Shown here in pieces: positions 34,069-43,499 of a DNA stretch of 64,000 bases. Positions within the stretch are counted from its first letter, which is position 1. Each line of letters opens with the position of its first letter. The notes below the pieces were generated by a model, which was given only the letters and a program-made list of their open reading frames with translations, had not been told where the DNA came from and did no database searches. A program made the position numbers and the translations under genes. The DNA comes from Alphaproteobacteria bacterium (lineage in GTDB: Bacteria; Pseudomonadota; Alphaproteobacteria; UBA828), in NCBI GenBank assembly GCA_963667785.2, contig CAXXMU010000001.1, positions 896,001 to 960,000 of the forward strand, in the 5' to 3' direction.

Positions 34069-35094
34069 ATGACGCTTCCCGAGAACATCTCCGCAGACTA
34101 CACGCTGCGCCCGAGCGAGCTTGCCGAGGTGCTCGCCACCCTGGTCAAGGCGCGCCAGCCCACGCTGGTCTGGGGGCCGCCCGGCGCGGCCAAATCGATG
34201 ATCGCCCGGCAGGTCGCCAGCGACCACGGCTACAACTACGTCGACATCCGCGCTTTGCTGCTCGACCCCGTCGATCTGAGGGGCATCCCCTGGCGCGACG
34301 AGGACGGCCGCACCCGCTGGGCGCCGCCCGTGTTCCTGCCGCCCACGGCCAGCACCGCCTTGTGGCTCCTCAACCTGGAGGAGCTGGCCTCCTGCGTGCC
34401 CATGGTCCAGGCCGCGCTCTACCAGCTCAGCCTGGAGCGCAAGTGCGGCGAATACGAGCTGCCTGAGGGCGCCTCGATCATCGCCTGCAGCAACCGGGAG
34501 AACGACCGCGGCGTCGTCCACCGCATGCCGACGCCGCTCGCCAACCGCTTCGTCCATCTGGAGATCAGGGTCGACGCGAAGGACTGGTGCGCCTGGGCGG
34601 CCGCGAACGGCATCGCTCCGGAAGTGCTGTTCTTCATCGAATACGAGCCGGAGCTGCTGCACCAGTTCGACCCGCAGTCGAAAGAGCACGCCTTCCCGAG
34701 CCCCAGGAGCTGGGAGTTCGCCAGCAACATCCTCAAGCACCGCAACGGTCTCGATCCGGCCACAGAACGGGCCCTGTTCCGGGGCACGGTGGGCGAGGCC
34801 GCGGCGGTCGAGTTCACGGCGTTCCTGAAGGTCTGCCGCGAGCTGCCCCACCCCAGGGCCGTCCTCAATGACCCCGAGAACGCCCACATCCCGGACAACG
34901 CGAGCGCGCTGATGGCCCTCTGCGGCTCGCTCTACCGTATGGCCACCGACGTCACCCTCGACGCCATCGTGACCTACGCCACCCGGCTGCGGCGCGAGGT
35001 GGGCGAGTCGCTGGTGAGCGCCTGCGTGCGCCGCGAGCCCGCGCTCCAGCGCTCCCCGGCCTTCATCCGCTGGGCGGCCGCCAAGACCCAGTGA
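34069..35094 (+). CDS. MoxR-like AAA+ ATPase
   Basis: WGPPGAAKS Walker A, LNLEEL Walker B, ACSN, PLANRF, PSPRSW. Confidence 0.85.
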   Translation: MTLPENISADYTLRPSELAEVLATLVKARQPTLVWGPPGAAKSMIARQVASDHGYNYVDIRALLLDPVDLRGIPWRDEDGRTRWAPPVFLPPTASTALWLLNLEELASCVPMVQAALYQLSLERKCGEYELPEGASIIACSNRENDRGVVHRMPTPLANRFVHLEIRVDAKDWCAWAAANGIAPEVLFFIEYEPELLHQFDPQSKEHAFPSPRSWEFASNILKHRNGLDPATERALFRGTVGEAAAVEFTAFLKVCRELPHPRAVLNDPENAHIPDNASALMALCGSLYRMATDVTLDAIVTYATRLRREVGESLVSACVRREPALQRSPAFIRWAAAKTQ

Positions 35095-35173
35095 CGGAGG
35101 CCGCGAAGCGCAAGCTCGCCGCCGCCCTCGACGTCCCCGTGTGGACGCTCCGCTAACCCGACAGGAGGATTTC

Positions 35174-36073
35174 ATGGACCTCAACCGCGACGCCATGCTG
35201 GTCGGCCTGCACATCGCCGCCTGGTCCGGCCGGCTCTACGACCGCCAGGCGAGCGACCATGTCGCCGCCCACCACGAGGCCAGCACCAGCGCCGGGCGCT
35301 ACAACAAGCGCCTGCTGCCCAAGGCCGCTTTCGCCGCGCTGACCGCCACCATGAGCGAGGCGAGAACGAAGCACTATTCGAACTCCCTTCCGTGGGACGA
35401 CAAGGGCGCCCGGCTGCTTACCGTCGCCAACTACGAGCACTACACCGAGCTGATGGACGGCCTGCGCGAGCGGGTGGTGCGCCAGCGCGCCCGCTTCATC
35501 GAGGACTACGACGACTACATCGACCAGGCCCGGCTCGACCTCGGCAAGCTCTTCCGCATCGAGGACTATCCGTCCAAGGAAGACCTCCAGGGCAAGTTCG
35601 CCATCCGCTACCGCATCACCCCGGTGCCGGACGCCGATCACTTCATCGCGCAGCTTGCCTCCGACGACACCGAGCGGGTGAAGCGCGACATCGAGAGCCA
35701 CATCGAGGAACAGCTCCACGGCGCCGTGGGCGACCTCTACCGGCGCCTGGGCGAGGCCGTCGAGCGCGTCTCGGAACGCTTGCAGGAAGATCCGGAAGGC
35801 AAGCCGCTGGTGTTCCGCAACTCGATGATCTCGAACATCCGCGACCTCGTGGACGTGGTGCCGCGGCTCAACATCTTCGGCGACGACGAGCTCGCAAGCC
35901 TTTGCCAACAGGTAAAGGACAGGATCGCGAACGTCCAGCCCGACGCGCTGCGCCCCTCCAAGACCTTCGATCCGGTGGCCCGCGCCCAGGTCAAGCGCGA
36001 CGCCGACGCGCTCGCGGAGAAGTTCGCGGGGTATTTCGGGGGACGCGCGGAGTCCGTGCGGGAGGCCGCCTGA
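35174..36073 (+). CDS. DUF3150-like helical protein
   Basis: AGGAGG SD; AGRYNKRLL, LPWDDKG, EDYP; lies between the AAA and vWA genes. Confidence 0.6.
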   Translation: MDLNRDAMLVGLHIAAWSGRLYDRQASDHVAAHHEASTSAGRYNKRLLPKAAFAALTATMSEARTKHYSNSLPWDDKGARLLTVANYEHYTELMDGLRERVVRQRARFIEDYDDYIDQARLDLGKLFRIEDYPSKEDLQGKFAIRYRITPVPDADHFIAQLASDDTERVKRDIESHIEEQLHGAVGDLYRRLGEAVERVSERLQEDPEGKPLVFRNSMISNIRDLVDVVPRLNIFGDDELASLCQQVKDRIANVQPDALRPSKTFDPVARAQVKRDADALAEKFAGYFGGRAESVREAA

Positions 36074-37479
36074 TGGCCGCCCGCGTGCTTCAGGAGTCCG
36101 CGCTCCGCGTCAGCGACTGCGTCACCGGGCTCCTGCGCAAGCAGCCGTTCTTCGGGAGCCTGGTGCTCAGGCTCCCGCTGCGACCCGATCCCACACGCGA
36201 GACGCTGGCGACGGACGGGCACGAGATCCGCTACTCGCCGCAATGGGTCGCCAACACCGACGCGCACCTGATCGAGACCGCGATGGCGCGGGTGGTGATG
36301 GCGTGCGCGCTCAAGCACCACACGCGCCGGGGCGAGCGCGATCCCGAGCGCTGGCAGATGGCCTCGCAGCTCGTCACCCACGCGCTCATTCGCGACGCCG
36401 GCTTCACGCTGCCTCCCGATGCCGAAGGCTGGGACGACCTCAGCGTCGAGCAGGCTTACGACCGTCTGCCGACGCCCGAGGACGGCGATACCGCCGACGA
36501 CGGCGACGCATCCTCCGGCGTCCACGCTGCCGGCGCGTCCACCGCCCCCCAATTCTCGCCGGACGGCGATAACGACGACACGGGCGACCCGTCCGATGCC
36601 ACCGATGACGGCGACGGCCAGGACTCAAGCGATGGCCAGGACGGCGACGCCGAAGGTAACGGCGGGGACGACCAGAACCCGCACGACGCCGGTGGTGACA
36701 GCAAGGACCAAGGCGAGCAGGCCGCATCCGGTGCCCCGCCCAGCCACGATCCCTCCGGCACCGGCGAGGTCATGGACGCCAGCACCCGCGCCGACGACGA
36801 CGGCGATGCTGCCGAGACGCCGGTGGACATCGCCGCCGAGGAGCAGGCCTGGGACGAGGCGATGCACCAGGCCCTCAACATCGCCCGCGCCGAGGGCAAG
36901 GTGCCGGGCCGGGTCGAGGAAACGGTCAAGTGCGCCCATGCCAGCATGCTGGACTGGCGCACGCTGCTGCGCCGCTACATGACCGACGCGGCGAAGAGCG
37001 ACTATTCCTGGAGCCTGCCCAACCGGCGCTTCATCGACTCCGGCCTCTATCTCCCCTCGATCCATTCGGAGGGGATGGAGACCATCGCCGTCATCGTCGA
37101 CACCTCGGGCTCGCTGCCTACGGCGACGCTGGCCGAGTTCTGGGCCGAGCTGCGCGAGGTCGCGGCGGAGATCCAGCCCGAGAGCGTCGTCGTGCTCCAG
37201 GTCGACGCCGCGGTGCAGCACGCGGCGGAGTACGCGCCCGACGATCTTCCCGACGAGATCGCGCTCAAGGGGCGCGGCGGCACCGATTTCCGGCCTGGCT
37301 TCGAATGGCTCGACGAGCAGGGCATACGGCCCGCCGTCTGCCTCTACTTCACCGACATGGAGTGCTCCAGCTACCCCGACGCTGAGCCCGGCTTCGATGT
37401 CGTCTGGGTCAACTGGAGCGACCCCCCGGAGGACTGGAACCGCGAGCCCTGGGGCGAGCGCATCGACATCGCCGCCTGA
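36073..37479 (+). CDS. DUF2201-like (degenerate metallopeptidase) plus vWA domain protein
   Basis: PFFGSL, LATDG, acidic linker, VDTSGS MIDAS, GGTDFRP, YFTD; TGATG coupling. Confidence 0.8.
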   Translation: MAARVLQESALRVSDCVTGLLRKQPFFGSLVLRLPLRPDPTRETLATDGHEIRYSPQWVANTDAHLIETAMARVVMACALKHHTRRGERDPERWQMASQLVTHALIRDAGFTLPPDAEGWDDLSVEQAYDRLPTPEDGDTADDGDASSGVHAAGASTAPQFSPDGDNDDTGDPSDATDDGDGQDSSDGQDGDAEGNGGDDQNPHDAGGDSKDQGEQAASGAPPSHDPSGTGEVMDASTRADDDGDAAETPVDIAAEEQAWDEAMHQALNIARAEGKVPGRVEETVKCAHASMLDWRTLLRRYMTDAAKSDYSWSLPNRRFIDSGLYLPSIHSEGMETIAVIVDTSGSLPTATLAEFWAELREVAAEIQPESVVVLQVDAAVQHAAEYAPDDLPDEIALKGRGGTDFRPGFEWLDEQGIRPAVCLYFTDMECSSYPDAEPGFDVVWVNWSDPPEDWNREPWGERIDIAA

Positions 37480-37543
37480 CATCCGGTGCGGCGGCCCGTC
37501 CGCCATTTTCGCCCCGCTTGAGACCATGAAAGGAGAAGTGCCG

Positions 37544-37942
37544 ATGACCGACAGCCGTCCCGTGACCTGTCAGAACTGTGGCTGGAAGGGGACCGTCGCC
37601 CACTGCGAGCCGATCGCGCCCCGCTATCTCCCCGAGCGCGTTTTCGCGGGCGACGTCATGCCCGCCGGCCAATGTCCGGAATGCGGTGCATCCGCCATGC
37701 TCGACCCGGACAAACCCGAGCCGTGCATCGAGATCGTCACCGTGCCGTTGCCCGAGCGCGCCACGCATTTCGGGGTCCGCTCCACCGCCCAAAGCCTCGC
37801 GAACGTGATGTGGCAATCCTCCAGCCCATGGAACTACCGCGTGCAGGACCTCGACCGCTCCGGCTTCCGCGTAGCCGTCTACCGCGACTCTCCAGGCGCC
37901 GGCTCGGATCCGCACGGCTACCTGCGGATCGTGCGGTCGTGA
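37544..37942 (+). CDS. Hypothetical Zn-ribbon protein
   Basis: CQNCGW...CPECG; AAGGAG SD. Confidence 0.6.
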   Translation: MTDSRPVTCQNCGWKGTVAHCEPIAPRYLPERVFAGDVMPAGQCPECGASAMLDPDKPEPCIEIVTVPLPERATHFGVRSTAQSLANVMWQSSSPWNYRVQDLDRSGFRVAVYRDSPGAGSDPHGYLRIVRS

Positions 37943-37958
37943 GGCCGGGGAGGGAACG

Positions 37959-38279
37959 ATGCATCTCACCGACATCCGCATCGACCAGATCGTGAAGGTC
38001 GACGGCCTGCCGTGCTACGCGCGGGGCCGGGCGACCTTCACCAATGGCCGCAGCTACGTCTTCGACGCCAACTTCGCGCACGGTTACGGCGACGCCGCCG
38101 TGGTCGTGTACAGCCCTGCCAACTGCAAAGAGCTGAAGTCCGGTACGCGGGCGCACAGGACTATCTACCACCGGCTCGGCTTCACCGAGATCGCCAGGCG
38201 CGAGCGCGAGGCCATCGCCGCCTTCGAGTACGAGCGCGTCACCGCCTGCCAGGAGCTCATGCGTCCCGGCGCGTCCTGA
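37959..38279 (+). CDS. Hypothetical protein
   Basis: GGAGGG SD; GC3-biased codons; co-oriented with neighbours. Confidence 0.6.
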   Translation: MHLTDIRIDQIVKVDGLPCYARGRATFTNGRSYVFDANFAHGYGDAAVVVYSPANCKELKSGTRAHRTIYHRLGFTEIARREREAIAAFEYERVTACQELMRPGAS

Positions 38280-38352
38280 GTTTCCCCGCGGGCGGCCCGT
38301 CCGCCCTTGCGCCGAACCCCATCGCAACCTTCTCCAACCGCGAGGCAATCCC

Positions 38353-38691
38353 ATGAAGATCACGCGTGACTTCAGGCCGCTCTCGGACCGCTACGCCTTC
38401 GACTGCGGCCCCTGCTCCTACGCCAACGGCTTCGCCCAGATCGACACGAAACAGGACGCCTCCTATTACGGCACGTGGTGCTCTCCGGCGGCCCGCACGA
38501 TCGTCAGCTTCTGCGAGGGCGACGTCACCACCACGGTCTGCGAGACCGACGCCGAGTTCGTCGGCCAGGTGCGCGAACTCGCCCGCTGGAACGACGAGGC
38601 CGGCTACGGCCCGACGAAGATCGACGCCCTGTCCCACGACCGATTGCGGGCGGCCTTCGAGACGCTCGGCCTCGCCGACCTGCTGCACTGA
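38353..38691 (+). CDS. Hypothetical protein
   Basis: GAGG SD; DRYAFD...FAQIDTKQDASYYGTW...FCEGD. Confidence 0.65.
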   Translation: MKITRDFRPLSDRYAFDCGPCSYANGFAQIDTKQDASYYGTWCSPAARTIVSFCEGDVTTTVCETDAEFVGQVRELARWNDEAGYGPTKIDALSHDRLRAAFETLGLADLLH

Positions 38692-38849
38692 GCCCGCCAC
38701 TCGCCGCCGCCGCGCCGCCGCTCCCCGGTCCCGTCCGCACACCTTGCGGAGCCGAGAGCGGAGCCCTGCTCGGGCGGGCGCGGGGCGGCCGGAGAGAGCC
38801 GCCATCCCGCCGCCCGTTCCATCCACTCCATACCCTGACGGAGACCCGC

Positions 38850-41258
38850 ATGAACCACATCGCCCCCAGGCCCGAGCCGCTGATCCGGGAGATCCCGCTC
38901 TCCCGGCTCGCGCTCGCCCCCGAGAACGTCCGCAAGACCCCGCCCGACGCCTGCGCCGATGCCGAGATCAAGGCGTCGATCGCCGCCCACGGGCTGCTGG
39001 AGAACCTGGTCGCCCGCCCCGAGGGCGACGATCCCGACGGCGCCTATGCCGTGGTCGCCGGCGGCCGCCGCCTCGCGGCCCTGAAGGCGCTGGCCGAGGA
39101 CGGCGCGATCGGCGCCAACTACCCGGTGCCCTGCCTGATCGCAACGAACGGCAACGCCGGCGAGCTGTCGCTGGCGGAGAACGTGGTGCGCATCGCGATG
39201 CACCCCGCCGACCAGGTGGTCGCCTTCGCCGGGCTTGCCGCCTCCGGCGCCACCGCCTCGGCCATCGCCGCGCGTTTCGGAGTCTCGGAACGCACCGTCG
39301 AGCAGCGGCTGCGCCTCGGCAACGCCGCGCCCGAGCTGCTGGAGGCCTACCGCGCCGGCGACATCGATCTTCAGATCCTGATGGCCTTCGCCGTCACCAC
39401 CGACCACGCCCGCCAGCGCGCGGTGTGGGAGCAGGTATCGGGCCAGCCCTACCGGGCCGCGGCCTGGCAGGTGAAGCGCATGCTCACCGAGGAGCGCGTG
39501 CCCGCCGGCACCGCCGTCGCCCGTTTCGTCGGCGTGGACGCCTACGAGGCGGCGGGCGGCCCGGTGCTGCGCGACCTCTTCGCCGACGAGCACGAGCACG
39601 GCGTCTGGCTGGAGGACGCGGTGCTGCTGGAGAAGCTCGCCATGGCCAAGCTCCAGGCCGCCGCCGACGAGCTCTCGACCCGCTGGAAGTGGGCCGAGGC
39701 CGTGGTGGAGGTCGACTGGAGCGCCACCGCGCGCTACGGCCGCATCCACCCCGAGCCCGGCGAGCCGACGGACGAGGAGAAGGCCGACATCGAGAAGCTC
39801 CGCACCCGCCACGACGAGCTGGTCAACCTCGACGAGGAGGACTGGACCGACGAGCTGGTCGAGGAGGCCGAAGCCATCGAGCCGCGCCTCCACGAGATCG
39901 AGGCCGAAGTCGCGTCCCGCGCCAGGTTCAAGCCCGAGGACTTCGCCATCGCGGGCTGCATCGCCACCGTCGGCCGCGACGGCTCGATCCAGGTGATCCA
40001 GGGGCTGGTGAAGCCCGAGGACATGCCGAAGCCGGCCGAGGGCTCCACGGACCAGCACGCCGGCGGCGGCCAGGACGACGCAGACACCGCCGCCGCGACC
40101 GGCACGGAGCGCATCGCCGGCCCGGCGCTCTCCACCTCCGTGCAGTCGCCCAGGGACCGCGAGGCCGAGGCGCGCAAGGAAGCGGGCGTCGGCATCGGAC
40201 TCGCCGACGACCTCCGCTCGATCAGGACCGCGCTGGTCAAGGCACATCTGGCCGGCGACTTCGAGGCCGCGTTCGACCTCATGCTGTTCCAGATGGGCCG
40301 CGCGGTGTTCACCCCGGCCCACCAGGACCACGCCCTCGACATCGCCGTCCGCGAGACCGCCGACCGGCCGAAGATGCGGATGAACGAGGCGGAGTTCGCG
40401 GACTGGTCGCCGGGCGAGGCCATGCTCGAAGACCGCTCGCACCTGTCGTTCGACTGGCTGGAGATCGAGGACCGCGCCGGGGCCTTCGCCGCGTTGCGGG
40501 CGCTGCCCCAGGCGGCGAAGCAGGCGCTGTTCGCCGCCTGCGTCGCGCGCACGGTCAACGGCCAGCTCGCCTTCGAGCACGGCGCCCGGCCCGAGCTGGA
40601 AGCCACGGTCGCGAGGCTCGACATCGACTTCGCCAGGCACGTGCGCCCCACGGCCGACCTGTACTGGTCGCGCATCGCCAAGGGCCGGATCATGGAGACC
40701 GCACGCTCGGTCTGCGGTCCGGCCTGGGCCTCCCCGCGGTCCAAGTACAAGAAGCCGGAGCTGGCGGAAGCCATGGAGCAGGCCTTCGCCGCCGGCGATC
40801 CGCCGCTCGGGCTCGGCGCCGACGCCCACGCGGCCGCGCTCGCCTGGACGATGCCGGGGTTCGCGGCCTTCGACACGAGCAGCGTGGACGAGGACGAGGC
40901 CGCCGCGCCGGACATCCCGGCCGCGGAACCGTCCGGCGCCACGGTCGACCCCCCGGCCGATCCGGAAGCGGATGCCGTGGACACCGCCGAAGCACCGGCC
41001 GACGCGGAACCGACCGCCGCCGACGCCACGAATGGCGGCAACGGCGACGGCCGCGCCGAGCCGTCGGCACCGCCGAACGGCGATGGTACCGGCGCCACGG
41101 ACGCCGCGCCGGATGGTGTTGCAACCGCACCGGCCGATGCGGCCCCGTCGGGCGACACCGCCGGAACGGAGGACGCCGAGCCCCCCGTGCCGGTGAACGG
41201 CCATGACGGCGCGCCGGACCCGATGGAGATCCCGGAGTTCCTCCGCCGCGTCCACTGA
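38850..41258 (+). CDS. ParB/RepB/Spo0J-family protein (long ICE/plasmid type)
   Basis: ENVRK, HGLLENL, VVAGGRRLAAL, ENVVR, HTH; acidic low-complexity tail. Confidence 0.88.
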   Translation: MNHIAPRPEPLIREIPLSRLALAPENVRKTPPDACADAEIKASIAAHGLLENLVARPEGDDPDGAYAVVAGGRRLAALKALAEDGAIGANYPVPCLIATNGNAGELSLAENVVRIAMHPADQVVAFAGLAASGATASAIAARFGVSERTVEQRLRLGNAAPELLEAYRAGDIDLQILMAFAVTTDHARQRAVWEQVSGQPYRAAAWQVKRMLTEERVPAGTAVARFVGVDAYEAAGGPVLRDLFADEHEHGVWLEDAVLLEKLAMAKLQAAADELSTRWKWAEAVVEVDWSATARYGRIHPEPGEPTDEEKADIEKLRTRHDELVNLDEEDWTDELVEEAEAIEPRLHEIEAEVASRARFKPEDFAIAGCIATVGRDGSIQVIQGLVKPEDMPKPAEGSTDQHAGGGQDDADTAAATGTERIAGPALSTSVQSPRDREAEARKEAGVGIGLADDLRSIRTALVKAHLAGDFEAAFDLMLFQMGRAVFTPAHQDHALDIAVRETADRPKMRMNEAEFADWSPGEAMLEDRSHLSFDWLEIEDRAGAFAALRALPQAAKQALFAACVARTVNGQLAFEHGARPELEATVARLDIDFARHVRPTADLYWSRIAKGRIMETARSVCGPAWASPRSKYKKPELAEAMEQAFAAGDPPLGLGADAHAAALAWTMPGFAAFDTSSVDEDEAAAPDIPAAEPSGATVDPPADPEADAVDTAEAPADAEPTAADATNGGNGDGRAEPSAPPNGDGTGATDAAPDGVATAPADAAPSGDTAGTEDAEPPVPVNGHDGAPDPMEIPEFLRRVH

Positions 41259-41340
41259 CCGCCCGCCCATCCCGAAGCGCCCCGCCGGCCCGCCGCCGCG
41301 CGGGGCGCTTCCGTTTCCGCAACGCCATGGAGTCGCAGCC

Positions 41341-43101
41341 ATGAACCAGACCATCCGCGCCCGGATCCACGACAGCGCCGTCCGGCGCGTCACCAGGATC
41401 TACGCATCGACCCTCTCCGACGTGTTCCTCGAAGCGCTCCAGAACAGCCGCCGCGCCGGCGCCACACGCGTGCGTATTTCGGTCGCCGCACCGACTGCGA
41501 ATGCAGCCGGCCCCGCCGCCGAAACCGGCGAGACGCCCCTCACCGTGACCGTCGCCGACGACGGCATGGGCATCCCCGATCCCGCCGTCCTGCTGAGCTT
41601 CGGCGAGAACGGCTGGTCGGATGACCTGGTCCGGCGCGAGGACGCCGCCGGCTTCGGCTTCGCCAGCCTGTCGCGCCGCGGCTGCACCGTCTCCTCGCGG
41701 CCCCGTTCCCCGGACGGCCAGACCATGCCCGGCTGGATCGTCGACCTGGAGCCGAGGCACTTTCTCGGCGAAGCCGAGGCCGAGGTCCGCACCGTCGACG
41801 TCGCCCCGTTCCCGCACGGGACGACGATTTCCTTCGTGGCGACCGAGCCCGCAGCCGCGGTGCGCAACGCGGCGGAGAGCGCCGCGCGGCACTATCCGCT
41901 TCGGGTGATCTTCGCCGACGGCACGGCGGACGCGCCGGAAGACGAGGAGCTGCCACGCCGCGCCTTCCTCGACGGCGCGGTCCACGCCGAGCAATGGCGG
42001 GGCCTCGCCTTCGGCGTCTTCAGGAACCGCCGCACCGGCTACAACGATCCCGATCTCAACTTCTTCGGCCTCACCCTGCCGGTGCGCCTGCCCACCGTCG
42101 AGACCGTCCACGGCCCGGCCTGGACCGTCCGCGCCGATGTCGGCGACTGCCCCGATCTGGAGCTGGTGCTGCCGGCCAGGAAGGAGGCTGTCGAGAACGC
42201 CTTCCTGAAGGAGACGCGCGAGGCCGCCCGGCTCGCGATCTACCGCGCCATGGCCGCCGATCCCGACCCGCGCCCTTCCTTCGAGGACCGCAAGCGGGCG
42301 CACGAGGCCGACATCGACATCGCCCCGCCCCCGCCCGTGCTGCGGCCCTGGCGTCCCGGCACGGCGGACGTCGAGGACTGGCGGGAGCCGCCGAAGCTCG
42401 TGCCGACGGGCCAGGACGCGCTCATCATGGACTGCGATCCCGAGCCGCCCCAGGCCCAGGCGCTCTGGCGCGCGGCCGAACGGGGCGGAATCGCTTCCCG
42501 CCTGTTCGAGGCCGACCGCCGCCTCGAAGGTTACGCCTGGTACGACACCATCGAGCGCGTGATCCGCGTCCACACGGAAGTCACCGCCGGCCGCCGGCCG
42601 TACCCGCTCGACAAGTATCCCGTGCCGGAGCGCACCGGCGGTCCCGTGGCGCCGCTGCCGCAGCGGCCCGACGCGATCCGCATCGGCCTCACCGTCCGGC
42701 CTCGCAAGGGGGTAGGGCGCATGGTCGACCTTGCCGCAGATCTCGCCTTCGCCGGCGAGGCCTGGTCCTGGGTGGCCGACGCCCTGCCGCTGGTGACGGC
42801 GAGCACCGATCTCGACCCCTGCGAACTCGCGCAGATCATGCGCGCGGCGTTCTTCAGCCCGAGCGACGACGCGGACGCGGATTCGTGGGAACGCCAGCGC
42901 GACGTCTTCGACCAGGAAGCGCTCCACATCGCGACCAAGCTGCTGGTCTCCGACGACGAGGCGCGGCGCACCTCCATCGCCGATGCCGTCGCGCGCGAGC
43001 TCTTCTGGCTCATCCCGCGCGATCGCAGCGTCGACATCGCGGTGCGCGGCCGCACGGTCACGGTGACGCTGGGAGCGCCCGCCGTGGAGGCCGCGCCGTG
43101 A
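41341..43101 (+). CDS. GHKL (HATPase) domain protein with uncharacterised C-terminus
   Basis: EALQNSRRAGA N-box, DDGMGI, AGFG. Confidence 0.75.
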   Translation: MNQTIRARIHDSAVRRVTRIYASTLSDVFLEALQNSRRAGATRVRISVAAPTANAAGPAAETGETPLTVTVADDGMGIPDPAVLLSFGENGWSDDLVRREDAAGFGFASLSRRGCTVSSRPRSPDGQTMPGWIVDLEPRHFLGEAEAEVRTVDVAPFPHGTTISFVATEPAAAVRNAAESAARHYPLRVIFADGTADAPEDEELPRRAFLDGAVHAEQWRGLAFGVFRNRRTGYNDPDLNFFGLTLPVRLPTVETVHGPAWTVRADVGDCPDLELVLPARKEAVENAFLKETREAARLAIYRAMAADPDPRPSFEDRKRAHEADIDIAPPPPVLRPWRPGTADVEDWREPPKLVPTGQDALIMDCDPEPPQAQALWRAAERGGIASRLFEADRRLEGYAWYDTIERVIRVHTEVTAGRRPYPLDKYPVPERTGGPVAPLPQRPDAIRIGLTVRPRKGVGRMVDLAADLAFAGEAWSWVADALPLVTASTDLDPCELAQIMRAAFFSPSDDADADSWERQRDVFDQEALHIATKLLVSDDEARRTSIADAVARELFWLIPRDRSVDIAVRGRTVTVTLGAPAVEAAP

Positions 43102-43467
43102 CGAAGGCCTGGACCCTTCAGCTCGCTTATGCGGCGAATTACGGGGTCCACGGTCACCGTCGAGGCCGAGACCCTGGAAGACGCGATCCCGGCCGCCATC
43201 CGGTATGCCGACGACAACGAGCGCTGGAAGAGCACCGACCACGTCACCGACCCCTTCTGCGTCGCCGCGTGCGAGGGCGCCGACGCCGATCCGTGGAACG
43301 GCGAGACGTCGCTGCCCATCCCCGACCGCTTTACCGAGCGCGGCGAGCCGCCCGTGGTCATGGTGACGGACCCGGCGAAGCCCGGCGGCGGCATCGAGGT
43401 CGTGCGCGGCCGGGTGCTGCTGCGCTTCAGGGACCATGCCGGAACCGTCACCTCCAGGATGAAGTGA
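43098..43467 (+). pseudogene. Hypothetical gene with apparent frameshift at a GGGG run (~43143-43146)
   Basis: GTG coupled to the upstream stop reads MTKAWTLQLAYAANYG; the plausible continuation STVTVEAETLEDAI is in another frame. Confidence 0.55.
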
Positions 43468-43499
43468 GCAGAAGAGGCCCACGGGTCCGAGTCCCCCAC

